Source: an uncultured Bacteroidales bacterium
GTDB taxonomy: Bacteria > Bacteroidota > Bacteroidia > Bacteroidales > TTA-H9
Length of the DNA stretch: 64,000 bases
Direction of reading: 5' to 3'
Assembly: GCA_964444785.1 (NCBI GenBank)
Contig: CAYUII010000005.1
Span: forward strand, 101,500 to 165,499
In this document: positions 28,474 to 37,749 of the stretch, piece after piece
Layout: each line of letters opens with the position of its first letter
How positions within the stretch are numbered: the first letter of the stretch is position 1
Position numbers and translations under genes: made by a program
Notes under the pieces: model-generated
Databases searched by the model: none
Seen by the model: only the letters and a program-made list of their open reading frames with translations
What the model was told of the DNA's origin: nothing

Positions 28474-30966
28474 CTATTCGAATTCGCTCATCTCTTCGTT
28501 TTGACGTTGAAGTCTGCGCTTGAAATCATTGAATCGGTATGAGAAGCCTAGGAATACCATCTGCCCTTGTCTGGTTCTATTGCTTACACTGGTAAAGTTT
28601 TCGCCCCAAGAGGTGATGTTATATTTTTGTGATTTGAATAGATCGCTAATCCGAAGGCTGATAGTCCCTTTTCCTTTAAGGATATCACGTTTTACTCCAA
28701 TATCCATTCTCCAGGTTGCATCTCGCTTTCCTTGCGTTCCACCCATCATCATCGATCTAAACCCACCGATGCCTGGGGTAAAAACAACGGGTGCATCATA
28801 GTTAAAGTTGATCTGGAGATCAAAGATCTTGGGAATATTCATCATAGAATTAGCCTTTACTGTCCATGAGTCGTTTTCTTGACTTTCAGAAGCAATGTCA
28901 GGGCCTTCAAAGCGAGTTCTGAAGTAAGAGAAGTTAGCGTTGAGTCTCCACCAGCTGATGAGTTGTTGTGTTACGATAAGCTCTGCTCCGTAAGCTTTTT
29001 GTTTATCTTGATTTTTGAATGTTGTAAATGAGGTTCCATCATCATAAACTTCCATTACACGACTAACAACATCTTCTGTAAGTCGAGCAAAGATGCTACC
29101 ATTGATGTTAGTGGTACGAGTCAACTGCCCTGAATAGCCTAACTCTACTGAGTTAACATATTCAGGGTTAAGAGTTGGATTGCCAGCCGACAGATTAATA
29201 GGATCAGCATAGTTAATGAAGGGATTAAGAGCAGAGCTACCCGGTCTGTTAACACGACGGCTAAAACTTAACTGAAAAGAGTGGTTCTGCCAAGGTTCAT
29301 ATTTAATATGAACAGTTGGAAACAGGCTGAAATAGTTGTTGTTATAGATTGAATCTTGAGTTCGTTGGTCACTTTTGGTATTGGCTAATTCACCTCTAAG
29401 ACCTGCTTGATAAGTCCATGATTGACCAATGATACCAGAATAGATAAAATAGAGAGAGTTAAGATATTCATCGTAAACGAAGCGATTACTTCTGTTCGGA
29501 TCCAAGATAAAATCATCTATGATGTTGCTTGTGAGATATCTGTAATCTTGGTCTGATCTATTCCATGAGAATTTATAACCTGTTTCTATACGTCCTGAAC
29601 CCACTTTTTCTACATAATCGGTTTGAGCGGTGAGTGTATTTCTGAAACCATCAGAAAGGGTTCTTTGGATAAAATTGTTTCTATTGCCATAGTATTCTTG
29701 TAGAACATCATTGTCATTGCTTCCATCTGAGTAGGAATAGAAGAAGTCAGCGGTTAGTTCTCTTCCTTGTTTATCAAAAGTGCGTTTATAGTTTGATCCT
29801 AGTTCAAATCCATTGCCATCATTTTCAGATAATGAATTGCTGGTAAAGAATTGAGTTGTATCGTAGAGGTAATTTCGAGAGAGGTTAGATTGGACGTTTT
29901 TATTTTCGGATGTTCTGATATTGACTCCGGCATTGAACGACAGAGTGTTTTTGTCATTGATAAAGTAATCTAGTCCGGTTCTTATGTTGTGGAACATGTT
30001 GGATGAGTTGGATGTTCCATCTTGATCGAGGTAGGAGGCGGTATCACGGATTACAGAAGATCGGGATCCATTGCTTGTTCCATCGTGAGTAAACTTTCTT
30101 GCATCATAGTTACCGAAGATGTTTACTTTGTTTTTTCTGTAGTTGAGGCTGAGCGATCCACTGTAGCGATCGTTTGTTCCGGCGTTCAATTGAACCATAC
30201 CATTGATTCCGGCATTCTTTTGTTTTTTGAGAACGATGTTGATAATTCCTGTGGTTCCATCGGGATCGTATCTAGCTGAGGGGTTAGTGATTAACTCCAC
30301 GCGTTGGATCATAGAAGCAGGTAATTCATCTAAGCTGGTAAGGTTGCTTGGTCGTCCATCGATTAAAATGGTAATATTAGAGGAGCCTCTCATGCTTACA
30401 TTTCCATCAATATCAACTTGAACTGCGGGTATTGTTTGCATGACATCTACGGCTGTTCCTCCTTGAAGAGCAATATTCTGTTCTACATTGACTACCTTTT
30501 TGTCTAAGTTATACTCTGCAACTGCTCTCTGACCAGTAATTTCAACTCCTTCTAGTGTTTTAGTAGATGGCTTCATTCTAATAGTCCCCAATTCATAAAC
30601 AGGGTTTTTAGGGGTAAGGAAGACGGAGTCAATAATTTTGGTAGGATAGCCAATGAAGTGAATCTTTACGAAGAAACGACCAAAGGGGAGTTTTTCAAGT
30701 TTAAATTGGCCTTTTTCATCCGTAATGCCTCCATCGACGAGAGAGGAGTCTTTACTTTTAAAAAGGGCAATATTGCAATACTCCATCACTTGGCCTGATT
30801 GGGTATCAATAATACGGCCAGAAAGTTTTCCAATCTTTTCGTAGTTTCCTCTGTTTCCACCCTGTCCGGTTGGTCTTTGCGAAGAAGTTCTTTCTTGAGC
30901 GAAAGTAGAGAGAGCACTCAGAAAGATGATAATGAGGGTCAATAGCAATAAGTTAGATTTTTTCAT
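28474..30966 (-). CDS. TonB-dependent receptor-like outer membrane beta-barrel protein with a carboxypeptidase-regulatory-like N-domain
   Basis: GKLSGRIID..., plug VPAVQVDIDGNVSMRG, ELITNPSARYDPDG; C-terminal FSYRF. Confidence 0.88.
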   Translation of the reverse strand: MKKSNLLLLTLIIIFLSALSTFAQERTSSQRPTGQGGNRGNYEKIGKLSGRIIDTQSGQVMEYCNIALFKSKDSSLVDGGITDEKGQFKLEKLPFGRFFVKIHFIGYPTKIIDSVFLTPKNPVYELGTIRMKPSTKTLEGVEITGQRAVAEYNLDKKVVNVEQNIALQGGTAVDVMQTIPAVQVDIDGNVSMRGSSNITILIDGRPSNLTSLDELPASMIQRVELITNPSARYDPDGTTGIINIVLKKQKNAGINGMVQLNAGTNDRYSGSLSLNYRKNKVNIFGNYDARKFTHDGTSNGSRSSVIRDTASYLDQDGTSNSSNMFHNIRTGLDYFINDKNTLSFNAGVNIRTSENKNVQSNLSRNYLYDTTQFFTSNSLSENDGNGFELGSNYKRTFDKQGRELTADFFYSYSDGSNDNDVLQEYYGNRNNFIQRTLSDGFRNTLTAQTDYVEKVGSGRIETGYKFSWNRSDQDYRYLTSNIIDDFILDPNRSNRFVYDEYLNSLYFIYSGIIGQSWTYQAGLRGELANTKSDQRTQDSIYNNNYFSLFPTVHIKYEPWQNHSFQLSFSRRVNRPGSSALNPFINYADPINLSAGNPTLNPEYVNSVELGYSGQLTRTTNINGSIFARLTEDVVSRVMEVYDDGTSFTTFKNQDKQKAYGAELIVTQQLISWWRLNANFSYFRTRFEGPDIASESQENDSWTVKANSMMNIPKIFDLQINFNYDAPVVFTPGIGGFRSMMMGGTQGKRDATWRMDIGVKRDILKGKGTISLRISDLFKSQKYNITSWGENFTSVSNRTRQGQMVFLGFSYRFNDFKRRLQRQNEEMSEFE

Positions 30967-30995
30967 TCCTCTTAATGTTTTCGGATATAGACTTT

Positions 30996-31024
30996 TAGAC
31001 CTGTTAGAGATATCACAGTTTAAC
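30996..31024 (-). promoter_or_regulatory. Possible second ECF-type promoter upstream of the TonB-dependent receptor
   Basis: Minus strand GTTAAAC-N17-GTCTA, ~30 nt upstream of the ATG and downstream of the usp terminator. Confidence 0.4.
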
Positions 31025-31053
31025 AGAATAATGAAATATTAATCACATAAATT

Positions 31054-31084
31054 AAAAGAGGTCGGATAAACCCGACCTCTTTTT
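31054..31084 (-). terminator. Intrinsic terminator of the usp gene
   Basis: AAAAGAGGTCGG-ATAAAC-CCGACCTCTTTT. Confidence 0.8.
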
Positions 31085-31124
31085 GTGCTTTAGATTTTAG
31101 CAGCACCAATAAGAAAGGAAAAGA

Positions 31125-31967
31125 CTAATAATCGACGATTTTCGTCCAATTGAGTTCTCTTGGGTTTATACACATGACAGGAATCTGAGATGTGTTGAAA
31201 ATCATATCTTCGTCATAGCTGCCGAGAATAAAAGTAGGAAGCCCCTTTTCAGGATTGGTCATGATCATGATTAAGTCAGCATTGACTGTTGTAGCATAAT
31301 CGATAACTTGTTTGCTGAAATCAGCTGATTTATCAGCTGTTCTAACAGTGTATTTTGTGCCTGCTTTATCGAAATGTTCGGTTATAGTGCTAACAGCTTC
31401 AGCGATCTCTTCACCTGGTAATTGATAAATGATGATCTCAGCCTGGAATCGGTTTGCAATATAGGTAGCCCATTTTGTCTTCTCCCATGGACCTGCATTG
31501 CTGGTGATAGGTAGGACAATCTTGCTGTATCCTGATTCAAAACTTCTCTTTTGAACAACAATCACTGGTGCTGGCGAACTGGTAACAACTTTTAGGGCAT
31601 AGCTGCCAAGAAACATCTGGTCTAGACCAACTTTACCATGAGTGCCCATGTATAGCAAACGAGCACCTACCTCTTTCGCTACTTCAGCAATTGTGGTGAA
31701 AATGCTCCCTTCACGCGATACAACGTCAACTTCAATCTGATCTTTAACCTTAATCTCATTAGCAATCGTCTGAAGTTTATCCAGTACGGAGTTGTCAGAA
31801 AGATTATCTTTCTTAAGGGCAGTTTTTGTGTTCTTATCTATCACATGTAGCAAAACTACTTTATACTTAAAGAATTTCGCTGCTTGTACTGCTTGATGAA
31901 TTGCATTGTCAGCCACTTCGGTGAAGTCTGTGGGGACAAGAATAACATTATTCATTTGAGTTTCCAT
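31125..31967 (-). CDS. Universal stress protein (tandem USP domains)
   Basis: ILVPTDFTEVA, LYMGTHGK, GSYALKVV, second domain ADLIMIMT; TAnnTTTG box at ~32009-32016 supports ATG 31967 (or 31955). Confidence 0.88.
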   Translation of the reverse strand: METQMNNVILVPTDFTEVADNAIHQAVQAAKFFKYKVVLLHVIDKNTKTALKKDNLSDNSVLDKLQTIANEIKVKDQIEVDVVSREGSIFTTIAEVAKEVGARLLYMGTHGKVGLDQMFLGSYALKVVTSSPAPVIVVQKRSFESGYSKIVLPITSNAGPWEKTKWATYIANRFQAEIIIYQLPGEEIAEAVSTITEHFDKAGTKYTVRTADKSADFSKQVIDYATTVNADLIMIMTNPEKGLPTFILGSYDEDMIFNTSQIPVMCINPRELNWTKIVDY

Positions 31968-32165
31968 GTACGTTAGAATTTGGAAATAGCAAAATATGGA
32001 ACTGACACAAAGGTAACAAAATTGCGTTGCGAATGCATACAATCTGAAAAAAGTAGATTAACCTTTTTTTCTATCTGAAAAGTTGGTTGCTCAAAGCTTT
32101 TTTTGTTACCATATAACAAATAGTAGTCAGGTTGGTTCATAAGAACCCTCAATTCAATTAGTTGT

Positions 32166-32340
32166 TCTTACCTCTCCCTATCCTGTTCGCTCTCCCTTCG
32201 CTTTTGATTCGAGTTTTAGCGGATAAACCGGCTGCAATAATGAATTATGGACAATCAGAAAAAAAACCTGATCATAACAACCCGAGGTATCTGAATGGAG
32301 CGAGAGCGAAGAGCGAACGAAGGGGAAGCGAAGAGGTCGG
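32166..32340. repeat. Intergenic inverted element C of the ~11-nt unit family
   Basis: Left arm CCTCTCCCTAT/CCTGTTCGCTCT/CCCTTCGCT pairs with right arm GAGCGAAGAGCGAACGAAGGGGAAGCGAAGAGG; shares segments with elements A and B. Confidence 0.7.
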
Positions 32341-32347
32341 TAACAGA

Positions 32348-33553
32348 TTATCTTCTTGACCTGCTTCTTTTCTTTTTCTTGGTAGGAGGAGGTGGGGTTG
32401 GTTCGTCAACGTAACTTAAGAGTACACCATTTAAATTTCGGGCAATGTCATTAACAATGAGGCCCACTTTTGCATTCATATTATTGAGGATAATAACCGT
32501 AAACTCATCATCAACAAATCGGGTGATGGTTGCGGTAAAACCATGCCAAAGGCCATTGTGAAAAACGACCTTCCTTCCGGCAATGTCTTTAAACCTCCAC
32601 CCAAAACCATAATTAACTTCTTTGTTTCCGGAAATGGTGGCCTTACAAAACGCTTGCTCAAGTGTCGTATCTGAAACTAAAATATTGCTCTCCCAGGCTC
32701 TTTGATATAAAGCTAAATCTTCAACAGTTGAGAAGATGCTCTTGTCTCCTAAAACTTGATCAGCTGGATCGTATGGATACTCTTTCATTTTGCGACCCAG
32801 GTGAAAATGACCCTTCACTCTGGTGGATAAAGTATCAAGAATACTTTGCTCGTAGGTGAAGGTGTTATGCATTCCTAATGGCTGAAAGACCTTCGTTTGC
32901 ATAAAGACATGAAAAGGGATCCCACTTACCTCTTCAACTAAATAGGCTAAGACGGCATAACCAGTATTTGAATAGTCAAATCGGCTTCCAGGTTTGAAAT
33001 ATAGAGGAAGCTGATATTTTGCCAGTAGATCAATCATCTCTCTGTTTGATATCGATTCGTCTTTTTGCCAATAGCGCTCAACTAAATAGAGATAATTGGG
33101 TAGGCCACTTGTATGGTTCAATAGTTGCCTGATCGTAACATCTTTATATGGAAACTCTGGGATATAGCGAGACACGGTATCATCAAAACGTAATTTGTTC
33201 TGGTCATGTAAAATCATTACCGCCAGTGCAGTAAACGACTTGCTGACCGATGCGAGTTGAAAGGGAGAATTGGGTGCAAGTGAATCCCCTTTGTCGAAAT
33301 CAGCTAACCCCATGGCATTTCTATAAAGGGGATATCCTTTATAAAGTACCATGATAGATCCATTAAACTTATATTTTGAAAGGATTTTGTCTAATCTTTG
33401 TTGTACATCTACGAGTTGGTCTCCCGAAACAGGTGAAATAGTAGGCTCAGATGCCAACAATACAACAGGATGAATATTTGATAATCCTAACCGTTCACTT
33501 ACCGGAATTAGTCCGACAAAAAGTATGAAAATGAGTAGAAATGTTCGACGCAA
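32348..33553 (-). CDS. Serine hydrolase, beta-lactamase/PBP class C family (exported)
   Basis: SxxK (ASVSKSF), YSN (FDYSNTGY), HNG; LLNHTSGL; basic C-terminal tail; TTG start. Confidence 0.88.
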   Translation of the reverse strand: MRRTFLLIFILFVGLIPVSERLGLSNIHPVVLLASEPTISPVSGDQLVDVQQRLDKILSKYKFNGSIMVLYKGYPLYRNAMGLADFDKGDSLAPNSPFQLASVSKSFTALAVMILHDQNKLRFDDTVSRYIPEFPYKDVTIRQLLNHTSGLPNYLYLVERYWQKDESISNREMIDLLAKYQLPLYFKPGSRFDYSNTGYAVLAYLVEEVSGIPFHVFMQTKVFQPLGMHNTFTYEQSILDTLSTRVKGHFHLGRKMKEYPYDPADQVLGDKSIFSTVEDLALYQRAWESNILVSDTTLEQAFCKATISGNKEVNYGFGWRFKDIAGRKVVFHNGLWHGFTATITRFVDDEFTVIILNNMNAKVGLIVNDIARNLNGVLLSYVDEPTPPPPTKKKKRSRSRR

Positions 33554-34000
33554 GGTTCTTAGCTATTATGAGTTTCTGCAAAAGTAAAGTCATTTGACCA
33601 TATCTCTACGTAAAGATATTCACAAAGTAACGCTCTTTTTTCAACATTATTCCCCTGAAGAGTCTCTGATTTATCACTTTTTGCCTTTCTTGTAAACCGT
33701 AGTTTCTTTGTTTTCCTTTTCTAGCTTGTAATTTTCAGTTGTTAACAACATAGAATCTTTGGATTGTTCTTTTTTGTTTAAAGAATCGTTGTCTTTTCTA
33801 TCTGTAGTTAATGATATGTTGTGAAAAAGATGTACTTAAAAGGCTCTTCTTCTCTTTTTTTGTAGGTAAACAACAACTTTAATTGATCTTTCGTTGTCTT
33901 ATTATTAGCAAAACTTTTAAACGGTACTTGGGTACTGAAAGATAGTCATCCCAGTTCCATGATAATTATTGAGGAATGCGATTAGCATTATCGACTTCTG

Positions 34001-35497
34001 ATGTTTACTAGTAAGATAAACACTAACTTATTGAGTATGTTAAGGTTGATTTTTTTATTACTTCTTGTGGTATTCTCATCAATGATCTATGGGCAGGAGA
34101 TGCCAGGAATGACCATGAGCAATTATCAGGCATATAATTCAGCATTGATTAATCCTTCGGCTCCAATTCATGCAAAGACCTATTTAGATGTTAATCTTTT
34201 TGGCTTAGATCTCTTTATCGACAATACCAGTGCGAATATCCCGGGTAAGGGATTTGCATGGTATGATCTTTTAAAGAGTGGATACGAGATGCCTAAGTAT
34301 GGTCCTTATGAACGTCCATTGGAGGTGAATACCAGTTCACCGCTACATAGAGCTTATGTAAGTCAACGGTTAATGTTACCTGGATTTGTTTATATCGATC
34401 GAACCATCTCATATGGTCTTTTTTTATCTCACCGTACAGTCGTTTCGGCAAGAAGGGTGCCCTATGAAATGGTAAACTTTGGTTATTATGACTTGTCATA
34501 TTCTCCGCAACAAAACATGTTATATCATGACTATGATATACGAATTGCCGGATTAAGCTGGAGTGAGGTAGGGTTTAATTTTGCTAAGACCGTTAAATAT
34601 AGGCGATTCAGTATTGTTAATGCCGGTATAACTCTGAAAAGGTTGTATGGTGCTGCTGCAGCTTTTGCGACTGTGGATGACATAAAGTATATTGTATACA
34701 ATGATTCGACTATCGATATCAAAAATATTAAAGGGAAGCTCGCCTTTTCTGGCCCTTTGAACTATCAGTCTAATGAGTATGATAGTGATGCGGGACCTTT
34801 TACTGGTTCTGGATTTAGTTTAGATCTTGGAGTCACCTTTATTAAGACCAAAAAAGAGGTTAGTAGGATTTATTCGGGGCCAGTGTGTGCATGGCAGTTT
34901 ATTCCTTATGATTATAGATTGGGTTTATCATTACTCGATATAGGCTATATTCGCTTCAATGAAAATGCCCAAGTACATACCTTCGAAAATAGCGGGCACT
35001 ACTGGGAAGAATTTAATAAGTTCCAACCTGTTAATATTTCTGATGCCTTAAGAGAGGTTAGTCAGCGACTCTATGGAGATGTGGAAAAATCTTTAACAGA
35101 TTCTTCTTTTACTGCTCTTCTCCCCTCAGCTTTTAGTGCTCAATTCGATTATCATCTAAAAAACAACTATTACATTAATACATTGTTGGTTCAAGATCTG
35201 CCCATACCTGGAAGTTACAGAGCTCCACGTGAGTCTTATTTGTCGGTGACGCCTAGATATGAAACCAGAGCTTTTGAAGCAAATCTGCCATTTATCTTTT
35301 ATGATTGGAGAAGACCTCGGGTAGGACTTTCATTTCGATTCTATAGTTTCACTATTGGAACGGATAAGTTAGGTACTTGGTTAGGAATGGGTGATGTATA
35401 TGGAATGGATATTTATCTTTCTTTACGGCTAGCATGGCTGAAAGGATTTTGTAAAGAGAAAAAGGAGAAGCACCCTTGTGGGGAGTTTCAGTTCTAA
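34001..35497 (+). CDS. DUF5723-like outer membrane beta-barrel protein
   Basis: Signal peptide (alternative ATG 34037); SNYQAYNSALINPS, GSGFSLDLG, LGLSLLDIGYI; aromatic-rich strands. Confidence 0.7.
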   Translation: MFTSKINTNLLSMLRLIFLLLLVVFSSMIYGQEMPGMTMSNYQAYNSALINPSAPIHAKTYLDVNLFGLDLFIDNTSANIPGKGFAWYDLLKSGYEMPKYGPYERPLEVNTSSPLHRAYVSQRLMLPGFVYIDRTISYGLFLSHRTVVSARRVPYEMVNFGYYDLSYSPQQNMLYHDYDIRIAGLSWSEVGFNFAKTVKYRRFSIVNAGITLKRLYGAAAAFATVDDIKYIVYNDSTIDIKNIKGKLAFSGPLNYQSNEYDSDAGPFTGSGFSLDLGVTFIKTKKEVSRIYSGPVCAWQFIPYDYRLGLSLLDIGYIRFNENAQVHTFENSGHYWEEFNKFQPVNISDALREVSQRLYGDVEKSLTDSSFTALLPSAFSAQFDYHLKNNYYINTLLVQDLPIPGSYRAPRESYLSVTPRYETRAFEANLPFIFYDWRRPRVGLSFRFYSFTIGTDKLGTWLGMGDVYGMDIYLSLRLAWLKGFCKEKKEKHPCGEFQF

Positions 35498-35727
35498 GTT
35501 TTTTCTATGTAGAGAAAATAAATTATACATTTGGTTAAAATTTATTAGATATAAGTTTGCTTAAATTATGACTGTAGCAAAGGTGTGCATGTGATACGTA
35601 ATAAGTAATTTAGCATTATTATTTGATCATTTAACGGAGCTTTTAAAGTTTGATTTAGATATTCAAAAAGTAAAAAAATCAGTTGGAGAATGATTTACTT
35701 TAAAAAAAAATTGCTAAAATTGCGTCG

Positions 35728-35915
35728 AACTCATGCTATAGATATTAATTTAGCGGATGAAATGACCTTCATGAGTTGTTAAGCATCATCTGGGCACTTT
35801 AACAACGAAGACATACTTACAAATGCAAATAGACCTTCCCTTACGGACTTCAATGTTGTGAACCAACCTACTGAGAAGTCTGATACTTAACAAAGGCAAA
35901 ACTTTAAATTGATTA
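35728..35915 (+). ncRNA. Candidate structured ncRNA (rod-like, 6S-like) upstream of HU
   Basis: 35776-35788 TTGTTAAGCATCA pairs with 35881-35893 TGATACTTAACAA (12/13); ACAAC-GAAG (35802-35810) pairs with CTTC-aat-GTTGT (35848-35859); 35744-35752 pairs with 35905-35913; promoter-like TAAAATTG at 35715-35722; no ORF. Confidence 0.4.
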
Positions 35916-36076
35916 GATAATACGTTTTGTTTCTTTATAAATCTTACAGAAGTAGAATTTACGTTGTATTCATGATATCTTGATATCTGAAAGTAATATC
36001 GAATATCGCAACATAAATTAGTATTCTTTGTTAACTAACCAACATTCAAACCTAACTTTCAAAAAACCATAGCAGG

Positions 36077-36346
36077 ATGAACAAACAAGATTTGATTGAC
36101 GCAATGGCCGCTAACTCCGGCATTACAAAAACCGAAGCAAGGGTTGCTTTGGAGAGTCTGGTAGACGCTATGAGAAGCGCTCTAAAGGGTGGTGATACCA
36201 TCTCTTTAACTGGTTTTGGCTCTTTCCAAGTAGCTGAGCGCTCAGCGCGTACAGCCCGCAATCCTAAAACTGGTGAGACTATTAAGGTTGATGCCCGTAA
36301 AGTTGTAAGATTTAAACCTGGTTCAAATTTAAAGGAGGGTTTATAG
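36077..36346 (+). CDS. hup: DNA-binding protein HU
   Basis: MNKQDLIDAMA, GFGSFQV, RTARNPKTGE, RFKPG. Confidence 0.96.
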   Translation: MNKQDLIDAMAANSGITKTEARVALESLVDAMRSALKGGDTISLTGFGSFQVAERSARTARNPKTGETIKVDARKVVRFKPGSNLKEGL

Positions 36347-36367
36347 TCCTACAGTTTAATAGCTAAT

Positions 36368-36395
36368 AAAAAACCGGCACTTAGCCGGTTTTTTT
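36368..36395 (+). terminator. Intrinsic terminator of hup
   Basis: AAAAAACCGGC-ACTTA-GCCGGTTTTTTT. Confidence 0.85.
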
Positions 36396-36457
36396 GTGCT
36401 TTGTTCATTGGCGAAGCAAGGGGCTCTTGCTCTTGTTAATATAAATCCTCTCCCTCT

Positions 36458-36505
36458 TATAAGTGATTAATTATACTGATCTATAGGTGATTAATTATAC
36501 TGATC
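36458..36505. repeat. 24-bp tandem duplication
   Basis: TATAAGTGATTAATTATACTGATC followed by TATAGGTGATTAATTATACTGATC (23/24 identical). Confidence 0.9.
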
Positions 36506-36736
36506 TTACAGCTCTGACCTTTGTGAGATGTTTGATGGGTAACGAGTCATACTAAAAGAGTACACTGAATTTTAGAAACAGTTCCCAATACTTTTCATAG
36601 GTCATGTCAGACCAATGTATCAAAAGATGTCGATATTGATAGATCTGAAGCTGGCAAAAGATGACGGAAGCAACCGTCATGGCGATTACGCTATAGCGCC
36701 TGAGACTGTTTTTTTCTGAATGCAAAAAATAGCTTG

Positions 36737-37663
36737 TTACAATTCATCTGTGTAGTCAGATTCTTTTCGTAGTATTTTGTAGAAACTAATTGGCACCGAG
36801 GTGTCAAAGTTCATGGGCTGATTCGTTACAGGATGAGGGAAGGAGAGGGTTTGAGCATGAAGCCCCAATCGTTTTAGTGGATTTGAGCGAGCACCATATT
36901 TTTTATCTCCAACGATAGGGTGACCTATACTTGCCAGGTGTGTTCTGATTTGATTTTTCTTTCCGGTTTCAAGTGTAACTTCGAGGAGAGCAAATTTTCT
37001 ATCTGCTTTGATGGTTTTGTAATGAGATACAGCTAGTTGTCCTTTAATGGGGTTGTTAGATATGTTCATTCTGAAGACTTTATCTTCTTCTAAGTAAGTC
37101 TTGATGGTATCCTGAGGTGGGTTAGGCACACCTTCAGTCAGTGCGACATATTTTCGATTGATGGAGGTATGATCCCAGTTTCTTTGAAGCTTTTCTCTCA
37201 CGCTTTCATTTTTAGCAAAGAGCATTAGCCCTGAGGTATCACGATCTAGTCGGTGAACAATATATAGACCTTTGTCGGGTTGGGTGTTTTTTACGTAGTC
37301 ACGGAGGATAAAGTAAGCTGTTTTTTCCCTTTCTCTATTGGTAGCGATAGAGAGAAGCCCGGCATTTTTGTTGATTACGATTATGGAATCATCTTCGAAA
37401 ACGATTTTAAACTCGTTGAAGTAAGGCTTAGGGGCTTGTTTGTTCCAGTCAATGGTGATTTTATCATTCACCTTTAATTGGTAGTTATATGAGGTAATGA
37501 TGTTGCCATTTACGCTGATCTGTCGACCTGTCAGTACTTTTTTAAGAAGAGGTCGGCCTTTATCAGGCATTAGAGCAACTAAAGAGGCGAGTAATTCACC
37601 TGGAGTGCTAACAGTAAGAGATGTTGAAGGTTTAGCTTGTGGCTTTGAGCGACGGTTGTCCAT
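36737..37663 (-). CDS. RluA family pseudouridine synthase with an S4-like N-domain
   Basis: VINKNAGLLS, HRLDRDTSG (catalytic Asp), LETGKKNQIR, PIVGDKKYG, LHAQTL; ATG 37663 preferred. Confidence 0.93.
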   Translation of the reverse strand: MDNRRSKPQAKPSTSLTVSTPGELLASLVALMPDKGRPLLKKVLTGRQISVNGNIITSYNYQLKVNDKITIDWNKQAPKPYFNEFKIVFEDDSIIVINKNAGLLSIATNREREKTAYFILRDYVKNTQPDKGLYIVHRLDRDTSGLMLFAKNESVREKLQRNWDHTSINRKYVALTEGVPNPPQDTIKTYLEEDKVFRMNISNNPIKGQLAVSHYKTIKADRKFALLEVTLETGKKNQIRTHLASIGHPIVGDKKYGARSNPLKRLGLHAQTLSFPHPVTNQPMNFDTSVPISFYKILRKESDYTDEL

Positions 37664-37690
37664 TTGAGTTTGAATAATTTGCAAAGATAT

Positions 37691-37725
37691 AAAAAAGAGG
37701 GTACCCCTTTGCAGGGATACCCTCT
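37691..37725 (-). terminator. Intrinsic terminator of the RRM gene
   Basis: AGAGGGTA...TACCCTCT hairpin with a T-run on the minus strand. Confidence 0.65.
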
Positions 37726-37749
37726 ATGTTGCACGATCAAAGATTCGAA

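Noticed and set aside
33600-34000. Possible oriC: AT-rich gap with DnaA-box-like words (ATATTCACA, TTTTCAACA, TTAACAACA) near a shift in gene orientation
   Set aside because: Every word has at least 2 mismatches to TTATCCACA, expected by chance at this AT content; no dnaA/dnaN/gidA nearby and no evident skew inversion by eye. A cumulative GC-skew plot would settle it
36458-36505. CRISPR mini-array
   Set aside because: The two copies abut with no spacer, and there are no cas genes
16398-37684. Longer TTG/alternative starts in the ORF track for lepA (16407), Trx lipoprotein (22194), usp (32042), rluA (37684); also ftcd, C10 and cca
   Set aside because: Several of these starts fall within or upstream of the TAnnTTTG promoter box; downstream ATGs give canonical N-termini
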